Shown: piece after piece, positions 19,011 through 27,977 of the stretch | Numbering within the stretch: position 1 is the first letter of the stretch | Layout of the letters: each line of letters opens with the position of its first letter | NCBI GenBank assembly: GCA_037138855.1 | Contig: JBAXHO010000002.1 | Coordinates: 1-63,769, forward strand | Direction of reading: 5' to 3' | Origin: a bacterium | GTDB lineage: Bacteria; Patescibacteriota; Dojkabacteria; B142; OLB20 | DNA: 63,769 bases | The notes under the pieces: generated by a model | The model's input: only the letters and a program-made list of their open reading frames with translations | Database searches by the model: none | Told to the model about the DNA's origin: nothing | Program-made: the position numbers and the translations under genes

Positions 19011-22000
19011 ATGAATAATATTGTGAAAACCGAAAAGCAAAAATGGCAAATTTTCACTGGAAGAGTGTTACTTGTGATTTGCTCTATTTTAACTTTATGG
19101 CTTGTTTGGCAAGTTCTAGCAACAAATCGCTCGATTAAAGAATTAAAAAATGGCGATTATTTAAAGACATATATTGATGAAGAATTGTTAGCAGAATTAG
19201 CGCCTTATGATATTGAAGTACTTCCAGAAACAGGAAAAAAAGAATATGCCAAAATTATTAATGCCACTATAACAGAAGGTAATGTAATTAGTGCATTGGA
19301 GCTAGAGCTGGAAGATGGAAAGACGCTTACTGTGAATACATTTAAACAAACGAATATTTTAACCGAAGCTAATGTAGAAGAGATCAGTTTAACCGAATTG
19401 TCTGAATATGAGCCAGCAGAGCGAAGTATCAGTGGGATCAGGTTAAAATTAAAAACTATTTCCAGTGAAGAACTGGGCGATGGTAGTGTCATTACGAGTA
19501 AGCTGGCCAATGCTAGTATCAGTGGTGGCAAAATCCAAACAGGAGTAATAGAAACCAGTCATTTAAAAAATGGAATTGTAACAGAAGTTAAAATTGCAGA
19601 TGGAGCAGTTACAACAACGAAGATTTTAAATGGCACTATTTTGAGAGAAGATTTGGCTGATCAAATAGTTACGAACGAGAAATTGGCTGATAATGCTGTA
19701 ACCGGAGATAAAATAGTTAATGGCACAATTGAAAATCAGGATTTAGCAGATGGCAGCATTAATAATGCAAAAGTAGCGGATGATGCGAATATAGACTGGA
19801 ATAAAATTAGTAAAATTGGATCGAGTATTGCCGATTTGACTAGTAAGAACTCTAGTGATGTCTCGATTACTGATTACGGTAATTATTTTGTCGCTACTAA
19901 TGTCGAAGATGCACTTACAGAATTAGCCAGAAGTGAATATCTTAAAGTGGATGCCTCCAATGGCCCGGTTACTGGTACTTTAACTATGCAAAATGTTACG
20001 GATGCTCAGGAGCTGATTGTCAAAGCGAAAACTGGACAAACAGCCAATCTTCAAGAATGGCAGGATAGCAGTGGTACAGTTTTGAATGCAGTTGATAAAA
20101 GTGGAAATTTAGCAATTGGTACGAATACAACATCAGATTACAAAGCGTATGTGTCAGGTAGTGAAAAAGTTACCGGAAGATTTACAGCTCGTAATATTGA
20201 TCGTTGGTTTATGGTACCAGAACTTTATCGCACGATGACTGTCAGACCTTTATCCGTCACTGTTGGGGGGACTCCACGAGGTATGACATTTGATGGTAAT
20301 AGTATCTGGGTGGCGACAGGAAATGATGTAAAAAAGATTGATGTCAATAGTGGGCAGATTGTTGCTACGATAACTGATGCGACATTCAGTACTACATACA
20401 TGACTTTATTCGATGGCAATTATTTGTGGGTAACGAACTGGAATGGCAATCTTGTCAAAATCGATATAATGACAAATCTTGTTTTAGCTTCATATCATAT
20501 TACCACTAGCGGTGGTGGTATCGGTGGTATTGGTTATGATGGTAGTAATCTTTGGGTGGCTGACATTAATTCAGACGGTTCTTGTGTTTCCAATTCCAGC
20601 GTATATAAGATCAATCCTGCGGATGGTTCTATAGTTGCAACTGTAACTGTCGGCACCTGCCCTAGTTATTTTGCCTTTGGCAGTTCTTATTTATATGTAT
20701 CCAACAGTCTATCCAATAATATCAGTTTAATTAGTATTTCTTCTAATTCAGAGATTGTTCGAAGACCAGTTGGCCAAAATCCACAGGGAATGGCTTTCGA
20801 TGGCTCAAATCTCTGGGTTGCCAACTCCGGCTCCGGAACTTATACAAAACTGAGTAGTACTTTATCAGTTTATATGGATATTCCAGCCGGTGGTGATAAT
20901 CCTCATGGAATGGTCTATGATGGCAAAAATGTCTGGGCTGCCAATGGAAATAATAGTCTTTCTGTAATAAATCCTTTAACCAATGCGATTATTCAAACTA
21001 TTGACAGTCTTGGTACTCCTCAACAAATTATTTTTGATGGACAGGCAATTTGGGTTGGAAATTCTGGATCTGGACAAGTGACAAAATATAATAATACTGC
21101 CTCCTCAGGAACGACTACAACCATGCGAAATGTTTTTTATATTGGTGGAGCGACTGGTTCAGGGATGCTTAATGTTGCCAGCCCTGATTATTTTTATGAT
21201 GTAATTCTTGATAATAGTGGTGTCCTGAGCTCAGTGGCAGGTGAAGCTAGAAATTCAGGTGGTACTCCATTTGAGTTTCTAAAAACTACAAATTCATATC
21301 TCTATGTAATGCGAAAAGTATCATTCGGTACAATTTATTTTAATTTACAAACTAAAGGATCTGGACTAACACTGGCAGCAGAATACTGGAACGGCACCGC
21401 CTGGACTGCTTTGACAATTACAGATGGTACCACAGGTTTATCAAACAATGGCTCAATCACTTTTTCCAATCTTGCTGCTAACTGGGCATATACAACTGTA
21501 AATGGACAAGCGGGATATTTTGTGCGAATTAAAACCACTTCTATCCAGACTACTGCGCCCAAGGCCTATACAGTAGTACCTTCCAGCCGTAATGCCTTAT
21601 CAGTTTATGGTCAATACCTTGATAATTATCCGGCATTTTCTGTAAATAGAGATGGGTTGGTTAGTATTGGTACCTCCAGTCCTACCGCACAATTCCAGAT
21701 TAATGGGGTGATAGATATTCCCCAGTCAATTATCAAAGGTTTTTCAGCTCAGACAGCAAACCTTACTGAGTGGCAAAATAGTAGTGGTGTAGTTTTAGCT
21801 TCAATCAATAAAGATGGTGGCATGGTTCTTAACGAAAATAGTTTAGATACTGATATTCGCTTTGAAAGTGATAATAATCAAAATATGTTCTTCTTGGATG
21901 CTTCAGCAGATAAAATTGGGATTGGAACTGCTACTCCACAGGCGACGCTGGATATCAATGGCTTTTTACGCTTAAAAAATAACAATGCCGAGCCAATAGC

Positions 22001-22112
22001 TTGTTCAGTAGAAGTAGAAAGTGCTTTAGCAATTAGTTCCAGCTATGTAATGTGTATCTGTAATGGCACCAGCTGGCTAAATGTCCTAGATGGATCTGCT
22101 TGCGTATGGTAA
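19011..22112 (+). CDS. large membrane-anchored surface protein, paralogue 2
   Basis: Same architecture as 15909-18986, 24 nt downstream. Long shared peptides (GGKIQTGVIETSHL, KISKIGSSIADLT, GQTANLQEWQD, NSYLYVMRK, FDGQAIWV). The propeller blades are the most divergent part. Confidence 0.6.
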   Translation: MNNIVKTEKQKWQIFTGRVLLVICSILTLWLVWQVLATNRSIKELKNGDYLKTYIDEELLAELAPYDIEVLPETGKKEYAKIINATITEGNVISALELELEDGKTLTVNTFKQTNILTEANVEEISLTELSEYEPAERSISGIRLKLKTISSEELGDGSVITSKLANASISGGKIQTGVIETSHLKNGIVTEVKIADGAVTTTKILNGTILREDLADQIVTNEKLADNAVTGDKIVNGTIENQDLADGSINNAKVADDANIDWNKISKIGSSIADLTSKNSSDVSITDYGNYFVATNVEDALTELARSEYLKVDASNGPVTGTLTMQNVTDAQELIVKAKTGQTANLQEWQDSSGTVLNAVDKSGNLAIGTNTTSDYKAYVSGSEKVTGRFTARNIDRWFMVPELYRTMTVRPLSVTVGGTPRGMTFDGNSIWVATGNDVKKIDVNSGQIVATITDATFSTTYMTLFDGNYLWVTNWNGNLVKIDIMTNLVLASYHITTSGGGIGGIGYDGSNLWVADINSDGSCVSNSSVYKINPADGSIVATVTVGTCPSYFAFGSSYLYVSNSLSNNISLISISSNSEIVRRPVGQNPQGMAFDGSNLWVANSGSGTYTKLSSTLSVYMDIPAGGDNPHGMVYDGKNVWAANGNNSLSVINPLTNAIIQTIDSLGTPQQIIFDGQAIWVGNSGSGQVTKYNNTASSGTTTTMRNVFYIGGATGSGMLNVASPDYFYDVILDNSGVLSSVAGEARNSGGTPFEFLKTTNSYLYVMRKVSFGTIYFNLQTKGSGLTLAAEYWNGTAWTALTITDGTTGLSNNGSITFSNLAANWAYTTVNGQAGYFVRIKTTSIQTTAPKAYTVVPSSRNALSVYGQYLDNYPAFSVNRDGLVSIGTSSPTAQFQINGVIDIPQSIIKGFSAQTANLTEWQNSSGVVLASINKDGGMVLNENSLDTDIRFESDNNQNMFFLDASADKIGIGTATPQATLDINGFLRLKNNNAEPIACSVEVESALAISSSYVMCICNGTSWLNVLDGSACVW

Positions 22113-22156
22113 CAACAATACCTCCAAAGAGAAATTCCCTGTTCGCTTCCTGACAA

Positions 22157-22265
22157 AATTTGCTATAATAAAATGAATTATCAGGATTCGACTTCCAGTT
22201 TCTCTTTTTACTACTTAATACATGATACTTGATACTTGATACTTAATACATGATACTTGATACTT
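22157..22265 (+). repeat. promoter/leader cassette, downstream copy
   Basis: Same module as 15764-15865, with 7 heptamers (AATACAT GATACTT x3 AATACAT GATACTT x2). Ends 22 nt before the ATG at 22287. Confidence 0.85.
22161..22169 (+). promoter_or_regulatory. extended -10 promoter TGCTATAAT
   Basis: Identical nonamer and flanks (AATTTGCTATAATAAA) to 15764-15779. Confidence 0.5.
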
Positions 22266-22286
22266 TTTAACTGTTACACATTCATC

Positions 22287-22727
22287 ATGAAATATAAAGA
22301 ACTAATCACTACCAACCGCCTCATCATCTTACTTTGTGTCCTGGGACTGGCGCTTTCTGCTTATCTCTGGGCTGTCCAGGTGCAAAGTCCCAATAATGTA
22401 ATCGTCCCTTGCTTTACTGGAGGAGGCTGTGAAAGTGTCCTCAATAGTAAATATGGCGAAATGTTTGGTGTACCCATGTCAGTTTTTGGATTTTTCTTTT
22501 ATGCATTTCTAATTTTTACTGCTTTATTAAGAGAAAAAATTAAGGATAAATTATTAACCTGGATTTTACAGGCAGAAGTATTTTGGGGAGTTTTATTTTC
22601 TTTGTATTTACGTTATCTGGAATTTGTGGTAATCCGCCATGTCTGCAGCTGGTGCTGGATGTCGGTGATAATAATTATTTTACTTGCTGCTGCTCTAGCC
22701 TATGAACAAAGATCCCCAAAAATTTAA
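22287..22727 (+). CDS. vitamin K epoxide reductase (VKOR) family protein
   Basis: Four TM helices, loop cysteines (PCFTGGGCESVLNSKYGEMFGVPMSVFG) and a CSWC redox motif. ATG at 22287; the track start at 22257 lies inside the heptamer array. Confidence 0.75.
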   Translation: MKYKELITTNRLIILLCVLGLALSAYLWAVQVQSPNNVIVPCFTGGGCESVLNSKYGEMFGVPMSVFGFFFYAFLIFTALLREKIKDKLLTWILQAEVFWGVLFSLYLRYLEFVVIRHVCSWCWMSVIIIILLAAALAYEQRSPKI

Positions 22728-23256
22728 TGTTATTACACAGCTCAAAACTGAAACAGTTTTGGGAAAAGAAAACCGTATTCTGCAATCACGCTTCATTTTT
22801 CGGGAATCAGTTCGGGCTATCATAGTAAATGAAAAAAAACAAATCGGTTTGATGCATGTGGGCAAACAAAATTACTACAAACTAGCCGGTGGTGGTGTTG
22901 AAAGTGGTGAAACATTAATTGCTGCTTTAAAGCGCGAAATATTAGAAGAATCAGGATATCAAATGACAAATCAACAATATTTAGCTTCTATACTGGAATT
23001 TCGTGAAGAAACCGGATATCCGGATGGCCTAATCCAATTTGATCATCTCTTCTTGATAAAAGTTAAAGGCAAACAACAAGCTCTCCAATTAACAACAAAA
23101 GAATTACAGAATAATTATGGTTTTGTCTGGATTAATTCTGATCAAGCTTTATCATCAATGCAACAAGCAAATGCAATTGATAATAATATCAAGTTTATTA
23201 TCGCTCGGGAAATTAAATTTCTGGAATATTATCTGGAAAATATTAAACAAAAATAA
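22702..23256 (+). CDS. NUDIX hydrolase
   Basis: Nudix box GGGVESGETLIAALKREILEESG. Overlaps the VKOR 3' end by 26 nt. Confidence 0.85.
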   Translation: MNKDPQKFNVITQLKTETVLGKENRILQSRFIFRESVRAIIVNEKKQIGLMHVGKQNYYKLAGGGVESGETLIAALKREILEESGYQMTNQQYLASILEFREETGYPDGLIQFDHLFLIKVKGKQQALQLTTKELQNNYGFVWINSDQALSSMQQANAIDNNIKFIIAREIKFLEYYLENIKQK

Positions 23257-23469
23257 ATCCTTCCACTGGAAAGATTTATTAAGATAGACACAATTCCTGA
23301 GAAATTATCTATTACGTAATGAGATTTTTTTGCCAGTTTTCTTGCTGTGTTTTTTCTTGGCAAGAAGTTTTCTTTTGTTCATATTATAAAATTTGAATAT
23401 GCTCAATGATACAAGGTGAGCCTAGTCGTTGGCAAGGGGAAAAATTGTTCGTGGGGCGTTGGGGCGTAT

Positions 23470-23489
23470 GGGCGTATTGCAATACGCCC
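23470..23489. repeat. perfect 20-nt palindrome GGGCGTATTGCAATACGCCC
   Basis: Self-complementary. Embedded in a GC-rich block (23453-23513) that overlaps the malic-enzyme stop codon (palindrome itself 10 nt 3' of it). A related copy is at 46833-46852. Confidence 0.85.
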
Positions 23490-23499
23490 GTACATACGA

Positions 23500-24633
23500 T
23501 TAGCGTATCGCCCCGACAACAGCCTCCAGAATTCCTTTTTCAAATATTCCTGGAATAATTCTTTCTGCAGTTGGCTCAGTAACAATCTTTGCTAAAGCAA
23601 TCGCAGCATTAATTTGCATCTCGATAGTGATATTTTTAATGTGTCGATCCAGAGCACCACGGAAAATTCCTGGAAATACTAAGGCATTATTTACCTGATT
23701 GGAAAAATCTGATCTGCCTGTCGCTACCACAAGCGCACCATTGGCTAGAGCCAGATCCGGCATAATTTCCGGGACAGGATTGGCAAGCGCAAAAACAATT
23801 GCTTGAGCATTCATTGATTTTATCATCGCTTCCGTCACAATTCCTGGAGCTGAAACGCCAATGAAAATATCTTTTCCTGAGATCGCTGAAGCTAAATCAC
23901 CCGGGAGATCTTCCTGATTAGTCAATTCTGCCAGCATTTGCTTATGCGGGTCCAAATCAGCTCAAGATTTGGCAATAATTCCTTTACTATCTACCATCAT
24001 AAAATTTACAAATCCTGCTTTTAACAAAATTCTCATAATAGCTGTACCAGCTGCACCTGCACCGGAGATAACAATTTTTACTTTTTCCTTTTGTTTATTG
24101 ACAACCTTGAGAGCATTAAACAAACCAGCTAATACCACTACGGCTGTCCCCCACTGATCATCATGAACGACAGGAATATCCAGACGTTTTTTTAAAGTTT
24201 CCTCAATATAAAAGCATTTCGGGGCAGCAATATCTTCCAGATTGATTCCGCCAAAGCTAGGGGCAATCATTTCCACTGCTTTAATAATTTCATCCGGATC
24301 CTGAGTATTTAAGACAATCGGAATGGAATCAATATTAGCAAAATGCTTGAATAACAAAGCTTTGCCTTCCATGACAGGATATGCGCCATAAGGACCGATA
24401 TTACCAAGACCAAGAACTGCTGATCCATCTGAGATTACAGCCACGGAATTGCCCTTGAAAGTATATTGACCAGTTTCCTCCGGATGAAGAGCAAGATAAC
24501 GACTTACTTCAGCCACACCTGGTGTGTAAGTCCAGGACAAATCATGTTTATCTTTTAAGGGAAATTTTAGTTGTGTAGTAATTTTACCTTGATGCTCCAG
24601 ATGTTTAGCCAGTGATTCCTGATAGATGTCCAT
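23500..24633 (-). pseudogene. NAD(P)-dependent malic enzyme interrupted by one in-frame TGA (pseudogene, split gene or read-through)
   Basis: The two track ORFs (24633-23962 and 23955-23500) are in the same frame, separated by TGA at 23964-23962. Conserved motifs are intact on both sides (GNIGPYGAYPVMEGK; ALANPVPEI; ATGRSDFSNQVNNALVFPGIFRGALD). Confidence 0.85.
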
Positions 24634-24736
24634 AAAAAGAATGATAAATATGTATGTGATAAGTATATCGGAAAAAGGGAAAAGTTAGAAGTAGTATATC
24701 GTTAGATTAGCTATATGCTCCTATTTTTTTCTACAT

Positions 24737-24785
24737 GATACATGATACTTGATACTTGATACTTGATACTTGATACTTGATACTA
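24737..24785 (+). repeat. GATAC-heptamer tandem array (7 units)
   Basis: GATACAT, GATACTT x5, GATACTA. Lies 97 nt upstream of the capA-like start. Confidence 0.9.
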
Positions 24786-24881
24786 TTAACTTACCACAAA
24801 ATTATCAATATGAAAAATATTCTATATTGTTCAAATGCATTTTATGCCATAATTATTACATTAAATAACTAATTTATTGAT

Positions 24882-26417
24882 ATGAAAAAAATCATTCTGA
24901 TTGCTGCTCTTATTATTGCAATTACAAGCGTTGGCGTTTTAATATTATGGCAAAATGGCTCATTAAATAATTTAATAAATAAAAACGATACCAGTTTTGC
25001 TCAAGCTTTTCTACCCCAAATCAAGCAGATTTATTATCGACAAGACATCTTAATCCCGGTCAGCAAATTTAAAACCTATAAAATTCAATATTCGCTAGCA
25101 GAACTTACCAAAGATAAATTAGTTACTTTGGCAGCAAATAAAAATCTCTTGCCAATAGGATATGAAGATATTGTTCTGATCCTACCTGAAGATTTGGAAA
25201 AAAATCTTCAGGCAGATAAAATCGCCCTACTTACTCCAGATCAGGTACTTCCCAAGTATCGTACTTTGCAAATTGACCAGCAATCATTTTGGCAAAAGAA
25301 TTTTCAAATTCAAAATTATCCATTGAAAAAATTAATCGCTAGTTATGACGCCACAATAATTACCGATGAAAAGCCCATCGTAATCTTTGCTACCGGCGAA
25401 ATCATTCCTGCCAGAGCTGTCGACCGGCTTGGTTTTAATAAATATAATAATTTCACCTATGTCTATGATTTTTTTAAAAATGATATTGCCAGTGCTGATA
25501 TCGCTATTGCCCAACTAGAAAATTCTTTATTAGGCAATCCCAAACCTTGCTCCGGATGTATGGCATTTATCGGAGATGATCAAGTAGCAAACAGCTTGAA
25601 AGAAGAGGGATTTGACTGGGTCAATACGGCCGGCAATCACGCAGGAGACGCCGGACAAAAAGCCTATGGCAATACTATCAAACTATTTACTGATCTAGGC
25701 ATACAAGTGACAGGAACAGGCAAAACCGAAGAAGAAATATTAAAACCAGCTATCAACGAAATAAATGGCAGAAGGATTGGGTTAATCTCTGCTGATGATA
25801 TTGCCAATTACTACTGGAATTTAAGTCCCAACAATACCACTTATGGTACTAATTATTTTTCCAAATCAAATAATGGTGCTCTCAGTGTCGATACTGCCCG
25901 AGTAGCAAAAATTGCGACTATCAAAAAGGATAATAATCTTGATTATTTAATTGTCTATATGAGCTGGGGAATTGAATATACCAATAATTCCACAAAACAC
26001 CAACAGGAACTGGCACACAAACTAATCGATAATGGTGCCGATTTGATCATTGCTTCACATCCACATTGGGTGCAATCTATAGAAGAATATAATGGTAAAA
26101 TGATTCTTTACAGTATGGGTAATTTTATTTTTGATCAAACCCATACCACTGAAACCCGCCAGGGCTATGTAACCAATCTGGACTTCTGGAAAAATGAGTT
26201 AAAAAATATTGAAATAATCCCGCAACAAAGCTGTGGTTATCATCAAACTACTAATGATCTGATTCCCAAATATTTAAATAACGAAATCACACTTGAAGAA
26301 GTTTATAATACAGCAGATAAAAGTGGATGTGTCTATTGGCAGCCAAAGAAGCTAAAAGAAGATCATCCGGCCTATAAACAAATTTTAGACAGGATTTATC
26401 AGTATACGGAGTTATGA
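24882..26417 (+). CDS. CapA-family (poly-gamma-glutamate capsule synthesis / metallophosphatase-fold) protein
   Basis: N-terminal TM helix; GNHAGD, SWGIEY, ASHPHWVQ, GNFIFDQ motifs. Confidence 0.85.
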   Translation: MKKIILIAALIIAITSVGVLILWQNGSLNNLINKNDTSFAQAFLPQIKQIYYRQDILIPVSKFKTYKIQYSLAELTKDKLVTLAANKNLLPIGYEDIVLILPEDLEKNLQADKIALLTPDQVLPKYRTLQIDQQSFWQKNFQIQNYPLKKLIASYDATIITDEKPIVIFATGEIIPARAVDRLGFNKYNNFTYVYDFFKNDIASADIAIAQLENSLLGNPKPCSGCMAFIGDDQVANSLKEEGFDWVNTAGNHAGDAGQKAYGNTIKLFTDLGIQVTGTGKTEEEILKPAINEINGRRIGLISADDIANYYWNLSPNNTTYGTNYFSKSNNGALSVDTARVAKIATIKKDNNLDYLIVYMSWGIEYTNNSTKHQQELAHKLIDNGADLIIASHPHWVQSIEEYNGKMILYSMGNFIFDQTHTTETRQGYVTNLDFWKNELKNIEIIPQQSCGYHQTTNDLIPKYLNNEITLEEVYNTADKSGCVYWQPKKLKEDHPAYKQILDRIYQYTEL

Positions 26418-26428
26418 TGAGGAGGAAA

Positions 26429-26459
26429 CGGTGATCGGTAATCGGTTGTCGGTGATCGG
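26429..26459 (+). repeat. CGGTGAN-heptamer array (4.4 units)
   Basis: CGGTGAT CGGTAAT CGGTTGT CGGTGAT CGG, starting 12 nt after the capA-like stop. Confidence 0.85.
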
Positions 26460-26589
26460 AATTGAAATTAATATATTGTTAAATTCCGGACAGTGCTGTA
26501 GGCTGAAGTCCGTAGACAATAGACGGTAGACGGAAAATCTGGAAGAATTATGCAATTTGGAAATTGCAAATTGGATAAATCGTATTAAT

Positions 26590-26702
26590 TAGTATATCGA
26601 TAGATTCCGGACAGAAACTATTCTAAACTATCGCTAAGAATAGCTAACTTCCGGAATGACGTTTGGGCTTTTTGACACTTTTAAAATGCCGTTAAGACCT
26701 AG
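26590..26702. repeat. ~115-nt structured intergenic repeat, copy B
   Basis: Aligns to 14342-14456. The outer stem ATTCCGGA/TCCGGAAT is conserved. The inner stem CTATTCT/AGAATAG carries a compensatory A:T to T:A swap relative to copy A. Confidence 0.7.
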
Positions 26703-26755
26703 ATACTAAATAGTAGCTACTAGCTACTATTTTTACTACTTGATACTTATAGCAC

Positions 26756-26775
26756 GGGTTGCAGATCTGCAACCC
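26756..26775. repeat. perfect 20-nt palindrome GGGTTGCAGATCTGCAACCC
   Basis: Self-complementary, with conserved flanks AGCAC...CTCC. Other copies at 46415, 59857 and 61481 (1 mismatch). Confidence 0.9.
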
Positions 26776-26796
26776 CTCCTATTTAATACTGATCTT

Positions 26797-27957
26797 ATGA
26801 CCAAAACTTTTATTAAAATTGCAATTGTAATAATTATAATCTTCGCGAGTGTTGGAGTTATTCTGGCTTTAGTGGTATTAAAAAAAACTACAAATTCCCC
26901 ACTAACGCCTTCACCTACCCCGACACTTCTTGCTTCTCGAACTCCAAGCCCGAGCTATACGCCTATGCCTACTCGAATTCCCACCAAAGGTGCCTGGATC
27001 CCAAATTGGGGAAGTACAGCCGGTCTAGCTAGCCTCAATACCAAATCTAAACAATTTCAGGATATTTCACCAGTCTGGTATGAAGTAAACATTGATGGCA
27101 CTTTGATCAATAAACGCCCCAAAGAAGCAGCTCAAATTATCTCAGTTTTGACAAAAAATAACGTTAAAATCATTCCCGCTATTGCCATGTTTGATCATGA
27201 AATTTTTTCCCCGGTTCTCCAAACCCCGGAAAATCTCGACCGTCATGTCCAAGCAATTTGTAGCGAATCAGCCAAACAACAATATGACGGGATCGATCTC
27301 GATTATGAATCAACTAAATTAAGTGATAAAGAAAAATATTTCGAATTTATTAGTAAACTTTCCCAGTGTCTGCATCAGCAAAATGATTTACTCTATGTAA
27401 CTGTATTGGCAAAATGGGGTGATGATATCAGCTATCCTTCTTTACCTGAAACAAGAGAGGTGCAAGACTGGTCAGAAATTGCCCGATTTGCAGATCAAAT
27501 CCGCATTATGGCTTATGATTATACTTATTCTCAGGCTGCTTTTCCCGGACCGATTGCCCCACTTAGTTGGATGGAACAAATTTCAGAGTATGCTGTCACA
27601 AAAGTAGACCCGGATAAATTAGCCCTGGGAATTCATCTCTACGGCTATGAATGGTTTAGTACCAATGAATCTGATCTGACTTTTCATCCGGTCAATGAAG
27701 AATCATTATTAACTGGAAACAAAAATGTCCGTTCGTATACTTATGATACTATTCTTGGTATTTTAAAGAATTACCCGGCAGGTGAACTCAGTGATTTTGA
27801 GGGTGAAAAAGTTTTTAAATACAAAAAAGGGAATGAATATCGTGTGCTGGTATTCATCGATCCTGCAGGAATCCAAGCGCGTATCAATTTAGCTCAAAAG
27901 TATCATCTCAAAGGAGTTGTATTCTGGCGTTTGGGTGGCGAATCAAGTTTATTATAA
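26797..27957 (+). CDS. glycoside hydrolase family 18 (chitinase-like) protein, membrane anchored
   Basis: TM helix, Pro/Ser/Thr linker, catalytic DGIDLDYE (DxxDxDxE). ATG at 26797; the track extension to 26740 translates the palindromic repeat. Confidence 0.85.
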   Translation: MTKTFIKIAIVIIIIFASVGVILALVVLKKTTNSPLTPSPTPTLLASRTPSPSYTPMPTRIPTKGAWIPNWGSTAGLASLNTKSKQFQDISPVWYEVNIDGTLINKRPKEAAQIISVLTKNNVKIIPAIAMFDHEIFSPVLQTPENLDRHVQAICSESAKQQYDGIDLDYESTKLSDKEKYFEFISKLSQCLHQQNDLLYVTVLAKWGDDISYPSLPETREVQDWSEIARFADQIRIMAYDYTYSQAAFPGPIAPLSWMEQISEYAVTKVDPDKLALGIHLYGYEWFSTNESDLTFHPVNEESLLTGNKNVRSYTYDTILGILKNYPAGELSDFEGEKVFKYKKGNEYRVLVFIDPAGIQARINLAQKYHLKGVVFWRLGGESSLL

Positions 27958-27977
27958 CTATCCTGCCAGAAATTAAG

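Noticed and set aside
23305-23382. 25-codon, highly basic minus-strand ORF (MNKRKLLAKKKHSKKTGKKISLRNR) downstream of the malic enzyme
   Set aside because: It could be a tiny ribosomal-like protein. However, Lys-rich ORFs arise easily in A-rich DNA, I cannot match it to bL34, bL36 or Thx, and no promoter is placed sensibly. Worth a homology search only.
23962-23964. Global TGA reassignment (code 4 or 25) or selenocysteine at the malic-enzyme TGA
   Set aside because: TGA terminates several well-conserved genes at the expected length (85-1107, 4866-5585, 24882-26417). No convincing stem-loop follows the TGA (only a 4-bp GCAT/ATGC), and the homologous position is a variable loop rather than a catalytic Cys.
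26740-26796. N-terminal extensions of several track ORFs (26740, 22257, 42007, 48761, 54889, 55489, 56938, 57155, 46718)
   Set aside because: The extensions run into repeats or promoters, or overlap upstream genes. Internal ATGs give canonical N-termini (a signal/TM helix or a conserved first motif).
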